Assembly: GCA_051294375.1 (NCBI GenBank)
Contig: JBJCIZ010001228.1
Coordinates: 1 to 30,922, forward strand
Direction: 5' to 3'
DNA length: 30,922 nt
Source: Paraspadella gotoi
Taxonomy: Eukaryota; Animalia; Chaetognatha
Shown: positions 1 through 10,557 of the stretch, piece after piece
Layout of the letters: each line of letters begins with the position of its first letter
Numbering within the stretch: position 1 is the stretch's first letter
The notes under the pieces: model-generated
What the model was told of the DNA's origin: nothing
Seen by the model: the letters and a program-made list of their open reading frames with translations, nothing else
The model's database searches: none
Made by a program: the position numbers and the translations under genes

Positions 1-19
1 ACAAGAGAGGAGATGTTCC

Positions 20-166
20 ATAGTGAGGCGTGAGGAAGTTAAATGTATTATTTTCTTTGTTCATATCGATTCAATTATTTTGGTTGAATTTCCCATTTAA
101 ATCATGATTTACTGCAATATGCAAATTAGATTATAAATACTTTTTATAATTTTTTTTGATAGTAAG
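20..166 (-). repeat. ~150-bp AT-rich module, reverse complement of 1582-1728
   Basis: tagtgaggcgtgaggaagttaaatg...atcatgatttactgcaatatgcaaattagattata...gatagtaag is the reverse complement of cttactatc...tataatctaatttgcatattgcagtaaatcatgat...cttcctcactgcctcacta. Confidence 0.85.
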
Positions 167-276
167 GTTGTTCAGTCTCTCTCTCTCTCTTGAATATATG
201 TCGCTCTCTCTCTTTTTTCTCCGTCGCTTCCTGGCTTACTGATTCTGATTGGACGTGTCGTCGTCGTCCGTCGTCT

Positions 277-678
277 AATTTGCATAATTTTTTCCAACTT
301 GCATAATTTTTTTCAACTTGCTTAATTTTTCCGAACTTGCACCATAATATTTTTCCAATTTTGTATATAATTTTTTCTAAATTTGTACTAATTTTTGTTC
401 GATACTTGGCATAATTTTTTCAAGCTTGCATATTTTTTTCTATAACTTGAAAGGGCAATTTTTTTTACGATTTTAACTTATTCTAGTTTATCATAGGTTT
501 TATTAAGTTGCAAGGTCAGTGGAGGAAGTTGAAATTGTGATATATTTCTATTTGGTTTTTGTATCGATTCTAAATATTTTTTTGTTTAAATTTCCATGTC
601 TAATTATGATTTACTTGGCAATACATGCAAAATTAGATATAGTAATTTTTTCATTTAATTTTGCTTGAGATAGTTAAG
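277..678 (-). repeat. Degenerate inverted copy of the module plus several 18-bp satellite units
   Basis: caacttgcataattttttt units at 277-470 are the reverse complement of the 1751-2760 unit. 470-678 (gaggaagttgaaattgtg...atcgattc...atgatttacttggcaatacatgcaaaattaga...gatagttaag) mirrors ~1580-1770. Confidence 0.75.
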
Positions 679-1750
679 GACCTGGCCCGAAGATCACCTT
701 TACTTTAAGATGTTCTTGTTTGCTTTCATTGTGATGGCCTCCTTTCACAACGCAGCAGAGCATATATCTTTTGCACATAATGCAAGCCTAACACGAAATG
801 GGGAAAAAAGACACAAACTAGAAAACATGAATTGAATTTATTACAATATATTAACAAAAATAAATTATAATTGTATTTTTTTTGCAAACCTATGACATTG
901 TTCGAATATTTTTTTATATGATGCGCAAGTCGCTTGTTTTTAATTCGTTTTAGCGATTTATTTACCCCCCAAAAATTGTACAATTTTGGGCCGCTCTTTT
1001 TTTTTTTATATAGTTTATTTATAATTTTACGTTTCTTTATCTTTCCCTATGTCTGTCCATCAGTCTCTCTCTCACTCACTCACTCTCTCTCACCATTTCT
1101 CTCTTTTTTTTTTCAATTTTTTTTTCCATCTTTTTTGTAACTTTTTCTACCTACTATGAGGATTTGTCTCTTACTTTTTCTACTATGAGCATTTTCCCTT
1201 TACTTTCTATAGAAATTTGCTCTTCTGTCTTCACTCACTAGATCTTCACTTGCATTGCTTAGAACAGTCCTATTAAATCTTTTTTGTATTTTTACCCTAT
1301 TCTACTAGAGGTTTTACAAAACAGAAGGCTTTTTGTAAGACAAAGGAACATTCAAAAATTTTTATCTGAACCCACTAGATCTTCACTTGCACCTGCTCTT
1401 AAACAAAATAGCAAGTGTTTTTTTTATTTTTTTATTCTAAATATTTTTAAAAATATATTTTTTTATATTTTTGCAAAACATGAAAATATGGAAAAATATC
1501 TGTTTTATTATTTTCTTGTTGCTTGCATTGTGAATGGCCTTCTTTTGCCGTATGCAACATAATTCTAAAAGTTAATTATAAACTTACTATCAAAAAATTA
1601 ATAAAGTATTATAATCTAATTTGCATATTGCAGTAAATCATGATTAAATGAAATTCAACACAAAATAATTGAATCGATATGAAACAAAGAAAATAAATAC
1701 ACATTTTAACTTCCTCACTGCCTCACTAATTGGAAACTTGATAACTAAAT

Positions 1751-2760
1751 AGTTGAAAGTTAAAAAATTATACAAGTTGAAAAAATTATGCCAACAAGTT
1801 GAAAAAATTATGCAAGTTGAAAAATTATGCAAGTTTGAAAAAAATTATGCAAGTTGAAAAATTTATGCAAGTTGAAAAAATTAAATGCATTTTGAAAAAA
1901 TTATGCAAGTGAAAAATTATGCAGTTGAAAAAATTATGCAAGTTGAAAAAATTATGCAAGTTGAAAAAATTATGCAAGTTGAAAAAAATTATGCAAGTTG
2001 AAAAATTATGCAAGGTTGAAAAAAATTACTGCAGTTGAAAAAAATTATGCAAGTTGAAAAAATTATGGCAAGTTGAAAAATATTATGCAATTGAAAAAAA
2101 AATTATGCAAGTTGAAAAAAATTAAATGCAAGTTGAAATTTATGCAAGTTGAAAAATTATGCAAGTTGAAAAAAATTATGCAATTGAAAAAATTATGCAA
2201 GTTGAAAAAATTATGCAAGTTGAAAAAATTATGCAAGTTGAAAAAATTATGCTAAGTTGAAAAAATTATGACAAGTTGAAAAAATTATGCAGTTGAAAAA
2301 ATTATGCAAGTTGAAAAAATTATGCAAGTTGAAAAATTATGCAAGTTTGAAAAAATTATGCAAGTTACGAAAATTATGCAAGTTGAAAAAATTATGCAAG
2401 TTGAAAAAATTATGCAAGTATGAAAAAAATTATGCAAGTTGAAAAAAATGCAAGTTGAAAAATTATGCAAGTTGAAAAATTAATGCAAGTTGATTTGCAA
2501 AAAATTATGCAGTTGAAAAATTATGCAAGTTGAAAAAATTATGCAAGTTGAAAAAATTATGCAAGTTGAAAAATTATGCAAGTTGAAAAATATCAAGTTA
2601 AAAATATGCAAGTTGAAAAATATATGCAAGTTGAAAAAATTATACAGTTAAAATGATAAACACTAAAAATATGCAAGTTAAAAAATTGATACAAGCTGAA
2701 AAATAATACAAGTTAAAAAAATAAAAAGTTTAAAAAAATGATGCAAATTTTAAAAAAAAT
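1751..2760 (+). repeat. 18-bp minisatellite, consensus AGTTGAAAAAATTATGCA, roughly 50 copies
   Basis: Directly visible tandem unit of 17-19 bp with a variable A-tract. It degenerates at both ends and produces the spurious LCKLKK/FSTCII ORFs. Confidence 0.97.
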
Positions 2761-2764
2761 ATTA

Positions 2765-5755
2765 TTATTGCCGCAGAACAGTTCTGTGTTTAAGCCTTTG
2801 AAAGCGATTTACATGTATTGGCCGCAGCCACTTGGGTTCAAGTTGTTGGTGCCTGGGCTGCCTCGTTCTGACGCCGGGTCGGCGGCCGGGTGCTCGTTCT
2901 TGGCGTGGCTCCGGCTCGACGTCCAGTTCCTCGTCGCCTACCCAGGCTGGCTTGACTCGTGCGATATTTATTGTTTCGCGTCCCTTGCTAGGTATTTCAA
3001 CGGTCATGTTGAGGCCATTTCTGTGGATAACGCGGTAAGGCCCTTCGTAGGGAGCGACTAGCGATGGCTGCACACTGGGTCGTCGTACAAAGACGTATTG
3101 GGCGGACTCCAGGTTTGCCGGAAGGTGTACCAAAGGTTGTTGATGTGCTGAGGTCGGAGTGGGCTGCAACCGAGCGACTTCGAGTCTAAGTTTTGACAAC
3201 TGATTTCGTCGATGTTGACTAAGAGTGGCGTTATCTGACTGGGCATCGCCGAGCACGCTGCCGGGTATGCTTAGGCCCTCACCAAACACCAGGTCGGCTG
3301 CAGAGGCGCCGACATCTTCTTTAACTGTCGTTCGGATTGCTAGTAATGTTAGGGGAAGTTTCCAGAACCATTGTTCTCGTTCCTCATTTACCAATGCTAT
3401 TAGTGACTCTTTGAGTCTTCGATGAAACCTTTCTACCAATCCATTAGCCTGGGGATGGTACGCTGTTGTAGTTTGGTGCTTAATGCCCCATTGTTTCATT
3501 AACTGTCGCCATAGGTTTGAATTGAACTGACTTCCTCGGTCTGTAGTTATTACTGAAGGAGTACCAAAGATGCTGATCCAGTTGTGACTGAAGGCATCGA
3601 GGATCGTGGGCGTGAGGGTGTCCTGAATCGGTATTGCCGTCGGCCATCTTGAAAATCGGTCAACGATGGTGAGGAGATGAGCATAACCATTGGATTTGGG
3701 CATTTTTACCAAATCGAGGTTTAAATGCTGGAATCGGCGAGGTGGAATTTTAAATTCCCCGATTTCGGGAACGACGTGTCTGGTCACCTTGGCCCTCTGG
3801 CAGTCCAGGCAGTCTCTGGCCCATCTCGTCACATCTTGCCGCATATTAGTCCAAACAAACTTTGATGCCACGGCCTTGCGCGTGGCCTCGACTCCGGGAT
3901 GTCCAAGTCCATGGATGACGTCAAAAATTTTTCGACGCCATGATGCTGGAACGAACGGTCGGGCTGGCCCATTCGAAATGTCGGCTAATAGATCCTGCTC
4001 GCCGACTTTGATCTTTCTGAAGGTGAGCCCTGATCTCGCGTTCTCGGCGATGTTTTGATAATCCGGGTCGAGCGTTTGTTCGCGCGCCATTTGTTCAAAG
4101 TTAATCTCGAAACTTGTCAGTGAAGCGATCATTGCTTGCGCGTCTTCCAACCGATTGGCTTTTATCGCTTTTTCCTCTTTTTCCTCTTTCGCTTGAGTTG
4201 CAGGAGGTGGATCATTCGCTGAGGTTGGCGGCGCTGTTGACGAAGCTGTCGACGATCGTGCTGACGATGCAATAGCGGTTATCATTGGCGACGTTGTCGA
4301 CGTTTTCGCTGAGCTTGTAGGTGGCGTTATTGACGCGGATGTTGACGAGGCTATCGGCGAGGTTGTCGACGAGGATGTTGACGAGGGTGAGGATGCTGTT
4401 GTTGGTGACAATGTCGGCGGCGCTGTCGGCGACGATGTTGACGGGGGTGTCGATGACGCTGTGGGGATGGCGTTTGGCCTCGAGAGGGCATCGGCGACTA
4501 CATTCGCCTTGCCCTTTAAATACCTGATGTCGGTAGTAAATTCTGCGATGACAGAAAGCTGGTAAGACTGTCGCACGGTCTGAGGCTCGGCTTTTTTCTT
4601 GATAGCCGTTACCAAACTTTGATGGTCGGTATAAATGGTGAATGAGCGGCCTTCGACCCAATGCCGGAAATGTCGGACAGCCTTAAATGCTCCGAAAAGC
4701 TCCTTATCAAAAGGAGGCCACAATTTCTGGTTTTTAGCCAGCTTGGTTGAAAAAAAAGCTAGCGGCTCCCATCCCCTTGGGCCTCGTTGTTCCAAAACAG
4801 CTCCAACTGCTTGGTCTGAAGCATCTGTTGTAATACAGAGCTGTGCACCCGTTCTTGGATGATGTAGTAGAGCCGCCTGTATAAGGCCTTCTTTTATGGC
4901 CTCAAAAGCGCGCTCGCAGTCGCTCGTCCAGTCGAGAGTTTTTGGTTTGCCGCTGAGGGCTTCGTAGAGGGGGGCGCACCTGTGGGCAACTCGCGGTATA
5001 AATCGCCGATAATAGTTTATCATGCCCAAGAACCTCTGGAGCTCTTTGATGGTTGTAGGGCGAGTTGTTTCTTGTAAGGTTTGCACCCGTTTTGGCAATG
5101 GCCTGACGCCGTTTTTGTCCACTAGGAAACCGAGAAATTCGAGAGATTCCTGTCCTAGTAGACACTTCTTGGTATTCACTACCAATCCGTTGGCGTCCAG
5201 AGCCTTGAAGACTCGTTCGAGATCTTGGTGATGCTCTTCAGGTGACGACGATGCAACGAGAATATCGTCGAGGTAGACGAATGTGTGCGGTATTTCCCCG
5301 AGGATCTCGTCCATGAGCCTCTGAAAATCCTGTCCGGCGTTTTTGAGGCCGAACGGACAGCGGGGAAACACGTACAAGCCGAAGGGCGTAATCACAGCCG
5401 TCTTCTTAACGTCGTCCGGATTAACAGGGATCTGATGGTATCCTTTAAGTAAGTCGATTTTTGAGAATATTGTCTTTCCCTCCAATTGCGTATTGAAGTC
5501 GGTAAGTAATTTTACTGGATACTTATCGTCCACTGTTTGGGCGTTGAGACGCCGGTAATCCCCACAGCATCTCCAACCACCATCAGGTTTCTCGACTACG
5601 TGCAGGGGCGAAGACCATTCAGATTTTCCGCGCTTCGCGATTCCGAGTGAAACCATTTTCTCAAGTTCTCGTTTGGCCACTGCCAACTTCTCGGGGTCGA
5701 GGCGCCGTGCCCTCGACTGACAGGGCCTTCCTTCAGTCGGGATCGAATGCGTCAC
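2765..5755 (-). CDS. pol: Ty3/Gypsy LTR-retrotransposon Pol (RT-RNase H-integrase), uninterrupted 996-aa frame
   Basis: RT motifs WSSPLHVVEK, WRCCGDYRRLN, IDLLKGYHQI, PFGLKNA, YLDD (5264-5275); RNase H TDAS...DKEL...TDH...NVVADALSR; integrase HGLGH...CLDC zinc finger, LDLV/TTDRGSQF/NGLVERFH catalytic core, GPY/F motif (PYEGPYRV). The domain order RT-RH-IN is diagnostic of Gypsy rather than Copia. Confidence 0.97.
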   Translation of the reverse strand: MTHSIPTEGRPCQSRARRLDPEKLAVAKRELEKMVSLGIAKRGKSEWSSPLHVVEKPDGGWRCCGDYRRLNAQTVDDKYPVKLLTDFNTQLEGKTIFSKIDLLKGYHQIPVNPDDVKKTAVITPFGLYVFPRCPFGLKNAGQDFQRLMDEILGEIPHTFVYLDDILVASSSPEEHHQDLERVFKALDANGLVVNTKKCLLGQESLEFLGFLVDKNGVRPLPKRVQTLQETTRPTTIKELQRFLGMINYYRRFIPRVAHRCAPLYEALSGKPKTLDWTSDCERAFEAIKEGLIQAALLHHPRTGAQLCITTDASDQAVGAVLEQRGPRGWEPLAFFSTKLAKNQKLWPPFDKELFGAFKAVRHFRHWVEGRSFTIYTDHQSLVTAIKKKAEPQTVRQSYQLSVIAEFTTDIRYLKGKANVVADALSRPNAIPTASSTPPSTSSPTAPPTLSPTTASSPSSTSSSTTSPIASSTSASITPPTSSAKTSTTSPMITAIASSARSSTASSTAPPTSANDPPPATQAKEEKEEKAIKANRLEDAQAMIASLTSFEINFEQMAREQTLDPDYQNIAENARSGLTFRKIKVGEQDLLADISNGPARPFVPASWRRKIFDVIHGLGHPGVEATRKAVASKFVWTNMRQDVTRWARDCLDCQRAKVTRHVVPEIGEFKIPPRRFQHLNLDLVKMPKSNGYAHLLTIVDRFSRWPTAIPIQDTLTPTILDAFSHNWISIFGTPSVITTDRGSQFNSNLWRQLMKQWGIKHQTTTAYHPQANGLVERFHRRLKESLIALVNEEREQWFWKLPLTLLAIRTTVKEDVGASAADLVFGEGLSIPGSVLGDAQSDNATLSQHRRNQLSKLRLEVARLQPTPTSAHQQPLVHLPANLESAQYVFVRRPSVQPSLVAPYEGPYRVIHRNGLNMTVEIPSKGRETINIARVKPAWVGDEELDVEPEPRQERAPGRRPGVRTRQPRHQQLEPKWLRPIHVNRFQRLKHRTVLRQ

Positions 5756-6230
5756 CCCATGCTTGGGGTCCTTTACTTCAAACGTGGGCGTCGAGAGAGA
5801 GGGAAAAGACTCAAGAAGTTTGTAAAACTTCTCGCCTTGCCGATCGACGAAATTTACGTGTGAAGTCCGTTTTAATCTGTTCTAGTTGAAACGCAGCAAT
5901 TGCATTAGATAGTACTCGTAAATCGAGAAGCAACCGTCGCGATGGTTTTGCGCTAAAAAATTTTCCGCCAAGAAATCTGCGCCTAAAGATGTGCTGATTC
6001 ACATTGGCGACGACAAATTCGTAATGGAATTATTTCGGTTTCCCAATTGAACAATCCTGTCGACCGTCCCAAAGCATTCGTTGGCGAGCCGTTGGCTGCT
6101 TGAGTCGAATTTTTGGATCGGCGCCGCGTTGACGCTGATCTCGAGTTGGTGGCACGATGAAAGGAGAGCGCCTCCGTCGACCAAACACTTCGTCCTATCT
6201 CCGGCGTCGCGGATGAGTAGAGAAGGCTGT
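5756..6230 (-). pseudogene. Frameshifted aspartic protease domain of the same Gypsy pol
   Basis: The minus strand reads LLIRDAGDRTKCLVDGGALL (DGG at 6170-6178), and later NQHI/LGADFL (5969-5986), the conserved ILGxDFL protease motif, across several 1-bp indels. Confidence 0.85.
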
Positions 6231-6274
6231 TGGGCGACGGTGAGTGAGTGAACGCCGTAGCAGGGCGAACGCCA

Positions 6275-7332
6275 ACATTGAGCCCAATCAGTAAGGTGGA
6301 CAGCAGAAAATTCTATACAGCCTCGCTACCCACTGTAACCACTACACATTGAAGCCATAGTAAGGTGGACAGCAGAAAATTTCATACAGCCTCGCTACCC
6401 ACTGTAACCACTACACTATGAAGCCATAGTAAGGTGGACAGCAGAAAATTTCATACAGCCTCGCTACCCACTGTAACCACTACACTAGAAGCCATAGTAA
6501 GGTGGACAGCAGAAAATTTCATACAGCCTCGCTACCCACCTGTAACCACTACACTATGAAGCCATAGTAAGGTGGACAGCAGAAAATTTCATACAGCCTC
6601 GCTACCCACTGTAACCACTACACTTGAAGCCATAGTAAGGTGGACAGCAGAAAATTTCATACAGCCTCGCTACCCACCTGTAACCACTACACATATGAAG
6701 CCATAGTAAGGTGGACAGCAGAAAATTTCATACAGCCTCGCCTCCACACTGTAAACATACACATGAAGCCATATAAGGTGGACAGCAGAAAATTTCATAC
6801 AGCCTCGCTAACACTGTAACCACTACACTATGAAGCCATAGTAAGGTGGACAGCAGAAAATTTCATACAGCCTCGCTACCCACTGTAACCACTACACTAT
6901 GAAGCCATAGTAAGGTGGACAGCAGAAAATTTCATACAGCCTCGCTACCCACTGTAACCACTACACTATGAAGCCATAGTAAGGTGGACAGCAGAAAATT
7001 TCATACAGCCTCGCTACCCACTGTAACCACTACACATTGAAGCCATAGATAGGTGGACAGCAGAAAATTTCATACACGCCTCCTACCCACTGTAACCACT
7101 ACACACATTGAAGCCATAGTAAGTGGACAGCAGAAATTTCATACAGCCTCGCTACCCACCTGTAACCACTACACTATTGAAGCCATAGTAAGGTGGACAG
7201 CAGAAAATTTCATTAGCCTCGCTACCCACTGTACCACCATACACATTGAAGCCATAGTAAGGTGGACAGCAAGAAAAATATTCATCATACACCTACGACT
7301 ACCCAGCTGTAACCACTACACATTGAAGCCAT
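6275..7332. repeat. 69-bp tandem array, 15 copies (AGTAAGGTGGACAGCAGAAAATTTCATACAGCCTCGCTACCCACTGTAACCACTACACTATGAAGCCAT)
   Basis: GTAAGGTGGA recurs at 6291, 6360, 6429 ... 6841, 6910, 6979 ... 7257. Units are near-identical and there are no unique spacers. Confidence 0.97.
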
Positions 7333-8085
7333 TCAAATTTGCATAAACTAGTCTACTTGCAAGTCAGATTTCTTTCTTAAAACGAAAAACCGCAAAAAAC
7401 CGCAACAGGGGGTTATGTCTCAGACACCACCCCAGCCATTGAATGCCTTTTGAAATTAAATTTCGATGATCCTTAAATATCCCGGCAACTTAAAGCTGAA
7501 CTTTAGGAAAATCCAGGAGGCTCATTTCATTCTAAATCACTTTGCCAACTTAACGCCACTGTATTGCAACTTTCATTCTATAAATTAATAAAAAGTAATA
7601 TGTCAACAGAAACCTTAGCGAAAGAGCTGTTGATTGATTATTAAAAATATATAGTTATTAATAAAAATTAGTTATTTCTGACGTGATATAATGTTGTGGT
7701 AACCAAACCAGCAATCAAAAATTCAATTTGCATCACAAAGACCGCATGAAAATAAAAATTCCGTACTAAGACAAAACAACTAAATAACATTTAATAAAAA
7801 TTGCAAAGGAGTTTAAAGACAAGATATTTGTTAAAAATCAATAGAAATTGCTAAAGCGATAACATGACTTCCGGATATTTTCCACGGTGTGGAAACACTG
7901 TGGGACGGCGTTCACCGGCGTCGTCCCCCCTTGGCGTTTCCCTGACTTACCGGATTTGACTCTTCCAATATCGAAATATGGATCAAGAGGGTCGATGGCG
8001 GCTTACACCCGCGCGGGTATAACCTCCTAAAGCAAGTTCCGCTCATTTGGAATCCAAAAATCGGTAGTCAAAGTGGATCCAAAGA

Positions 8086-8110
8086 NNNNNNNNNNNNNNN
8101 NNNNNNNNNN
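8086..8110. other. Assembly gap (25 N)
   Basis: Run of n. It truncates the Penelope-like copy inside its endonuclease domain. Confidence 1.
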
Positions 8111-10525
8111 ACGTGAGTCACGGTAAGGTTTTGTGTGTTGTTTGAACCGATCTGCGAGAGACTTCCACGTCTACCCACGTATGCTGCTGTGGCAAGGTTG
8201 GTTGCCTGCCCCTGGCACAGGCCGCCCAATATGACGGCTCCTGATAGTATTGGGGTCTAGGGGATTTTTCTTTCGGTTTCACCAAATGCTCAAGTAAACG
8301 AGCCGCGGGTCGTCACTGAAGTGGAGATCCCGCTGCTTTCGGCTAGCACCCGCACCAATAGCTTCAGTGATCCCCTGGTGTAGGGGAGGGACAAGGTTAC
8401 CCACGTCCTAGGACGCTTCTGCTTAGTTCTCCCAGTTGCGCTGTGGTAGGGCGCGGTAGCTGCTTCGCAGCAAAGTCCGCTCCTTCCTCCTGGGGTGGAG
8501 GTTGACTTGCCGTCAGCGCTACTTGGCAGCCCCTTGGTGGCCAGCTGCCTCAAGCCATGGTTCTGCGAACCTGAGCCTTTCTCGAAGCCCACAGAGGGTA
8601 AACCATTGAGCGCCAAGGCTCTTTTGACATGCTCAAGCTCGGCGGCCCTGGAGCTCGGGGGTCGACGGAATCAGTAGCGGCTCTCTCTGGTAAGGGACCT
8701 GACCGTGGCGAGTTTAGACAAGGGGCAGTCGAATCAAAGGGAAATGTATTGGTCAGTGATGGGTTGGTATTGCGATAGACAGAAAATTCCAATGAGCCGC
8801 CCTCTTTGCGGCTTATAAGCACAATCGAGCAATTGGAATTTGCCATTCTCTCCTTTTCCACATGTCCACTATGATACTGCGTTCATACTGCTTTAGGATG
8901 GGTTCAGAAGGGTATCAACCAGATCACCTTTTCACGGCCAGTGATTGGTATCGTCTGCTTTCCGATACAGAAGAGGATCTGACTCTGCCCCATGCAGAGA
9001 TGGAAAGACCAAAAGCTTCCACCTCATAGTCCTCCATATAGAAATCTGCCAGAGGACTTGATGTCTGACTATTGCCCATCCCTAAGCACCAGGCTGGGCA
9101 AATAGTATGTCCATCGAACCTGAAAGTACGCCAGTTCAGGTCCAGCCGCAGCAGTGCCATGGATATCATCCAATTGGATTGGCGTACAGCTCGTGCAACA
9201 ATGCGGTCTCTCCTCAGGGGACGTTCTGCTGCATGTAACGCAGTACTCCTGGAGGATATTATGTAACATAGCTTTGCATAGGTCGCACGAGACCAAGAGA
9301 TGAAGTAATCGGGGCAACTGTGATAGTGCTGCAGCTTTCTGTCAGATCAACAGAGATTCGTGAGGTGGTGTTGGTTTTCCGACGAGAGGAGTGAGAATTC
9401 TCCACTCCTTGTCATTCCATTAAAAATGGAATTGCGGGCACGATACGATCAGGCGTAAGGCGTAAATCGGGCTTATGACCTTCGTCTGACCGAAGAAAAA
9501 GAGCGGCTGCGTTGGAGTCGGATGACTCTGTGAAATACTGAACGCGGGACAGTATTCACGTATTTGCTTGTCACTGTTGTAATCGCGAGCTCTGTTGCGA
9601 GAGTAGGATCTTTTTTGGGCTATGGTAAGTCTCCTTGTACGTACCACCTGCTAACTGACCTCATGTTTTACTTGTCTTGTAGTCTGAAGCGTTCCATGAC
9701 TTACTCGCAGCTCGCCCTTATCTGCGGGTGAACCATGATCGCTTTGATTGCGCCTTGAGTGACAATGGCTTGCGTCTCACCCTGTACCGACATTTGACTG
9801 GTGGAGGACTCGTTTGCCTGAGCATCTTTTGCCGCCTCCGCCGCGAAGGGTAAGCCGGCCGCTTCGGGCTCGTTGATTGAGGAGCCGGGCTGCCTGTTTC
9901 AACGCCGACATGAGATCAATAACAGGAATTTAAAAGGTGTTGGAACGATAAGACAAACCTTTCTAAGATACAGCGTCTTCATCATGCCGTTAAGTGTATG
10001 ATGAGCATATGTTGCCAGCCAACGTCTTGGGCTTCGACTTCGTCATCGGAAGAGTGGAATAGTGTCGTATGCGACTGCCGTTCGCCTATCCTGTTCGGAG
10101 CTCTTCTTGGGCGCGGCGCATACGAAGGTCCTCCAACTTTTTTCCGTTGTCTTTGTTTCGTTGCTACGAAAGTTTGCGCGGCATCCCTTTCGATGTTTTG
10201 GATCCAGCGATTTAGCTCCTCCGGTTGGAGGAGATGTGCTAGGTGATCGTGTAAAAGACGACGCTCCGATCGTAGCCAAGATAATTTCTTGTGGCATCGA
10301 CTGACGAAGTTCGAGAGAAGACGCCGTTTTGTCAATTCGAGGACCCGTTTGTCTTTCGTCCCGTTTAGAGTTGGAATAAAGGTGGATGGCGTTTGGCGTG
10401 ACGCCATATTTCCGACAAGAGAGAGAGAAGTGGAGGTGATTTGACCACCTCGAGATTGCGTTTGAAATGTGTGAAAGTTTGTTTAAAAGCGTCTTAGTAC
10501 TGGGATTGGTTTGATTTGTAGACAT
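8111..10525 (-). pseudogene. Penelope-like element ORF, copy 1 (N-terminal region + RT + start of GIY-YIG), heavily frameshifted
   Basis: ATG at 10525 (MSTNQTNP...SRWSNHLHFSLSCRKYGVTPNAI, similar to PLE N-termini); fragments ADKG, QIREYCP, PLFFGQ, LVSCDL, LGMGN..SSPLADFYMEDYE, YRKADDT, ALNGxP, AAYVG...DRFKQH. Collinear with 18745-20840 on the opposite strand. Confidence 0.92.
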
Positions 10526-10557
10526 TGTGATTAAACTTTCTTTCGTTGTGTTTTGAG

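Larger units (their letters stand above)
2765..6270 (-). mobile_element. Truncated Ty3/Gypsy element (pol only; no gag or LTR seen)
   Basis: GC-balanced coding block bounded abruptly by tandem arrays on both sides. I found no LTR pair, PBS or polypurine tract. Confidence 0.85.

Noticed and set aside
1644-2470. ORFs with LCKLKK / FSTCII / LHNFFN repeats
   Set aside because: Translations of the 18-bp satellite, with frame-breaking A-tract length variation.
2738-5889. Short plus-strand and alternate-frame ORFs overlapping pol
   Set aside because: Antisense or out-of-frame shadows of the Gypsy pol ORF.
6275-7332. CRISPR array
   Set aside because: Units are identical along their full length with no unique spacers, there are no cas genes, and the context is eukaryotic.
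6275-7332. tRNA gene cluster or 23-aa repeat protein
   Set aside because: No T-arm/B-box or acceptor pairing; all three plus-strand frames of the consensus contain stops.
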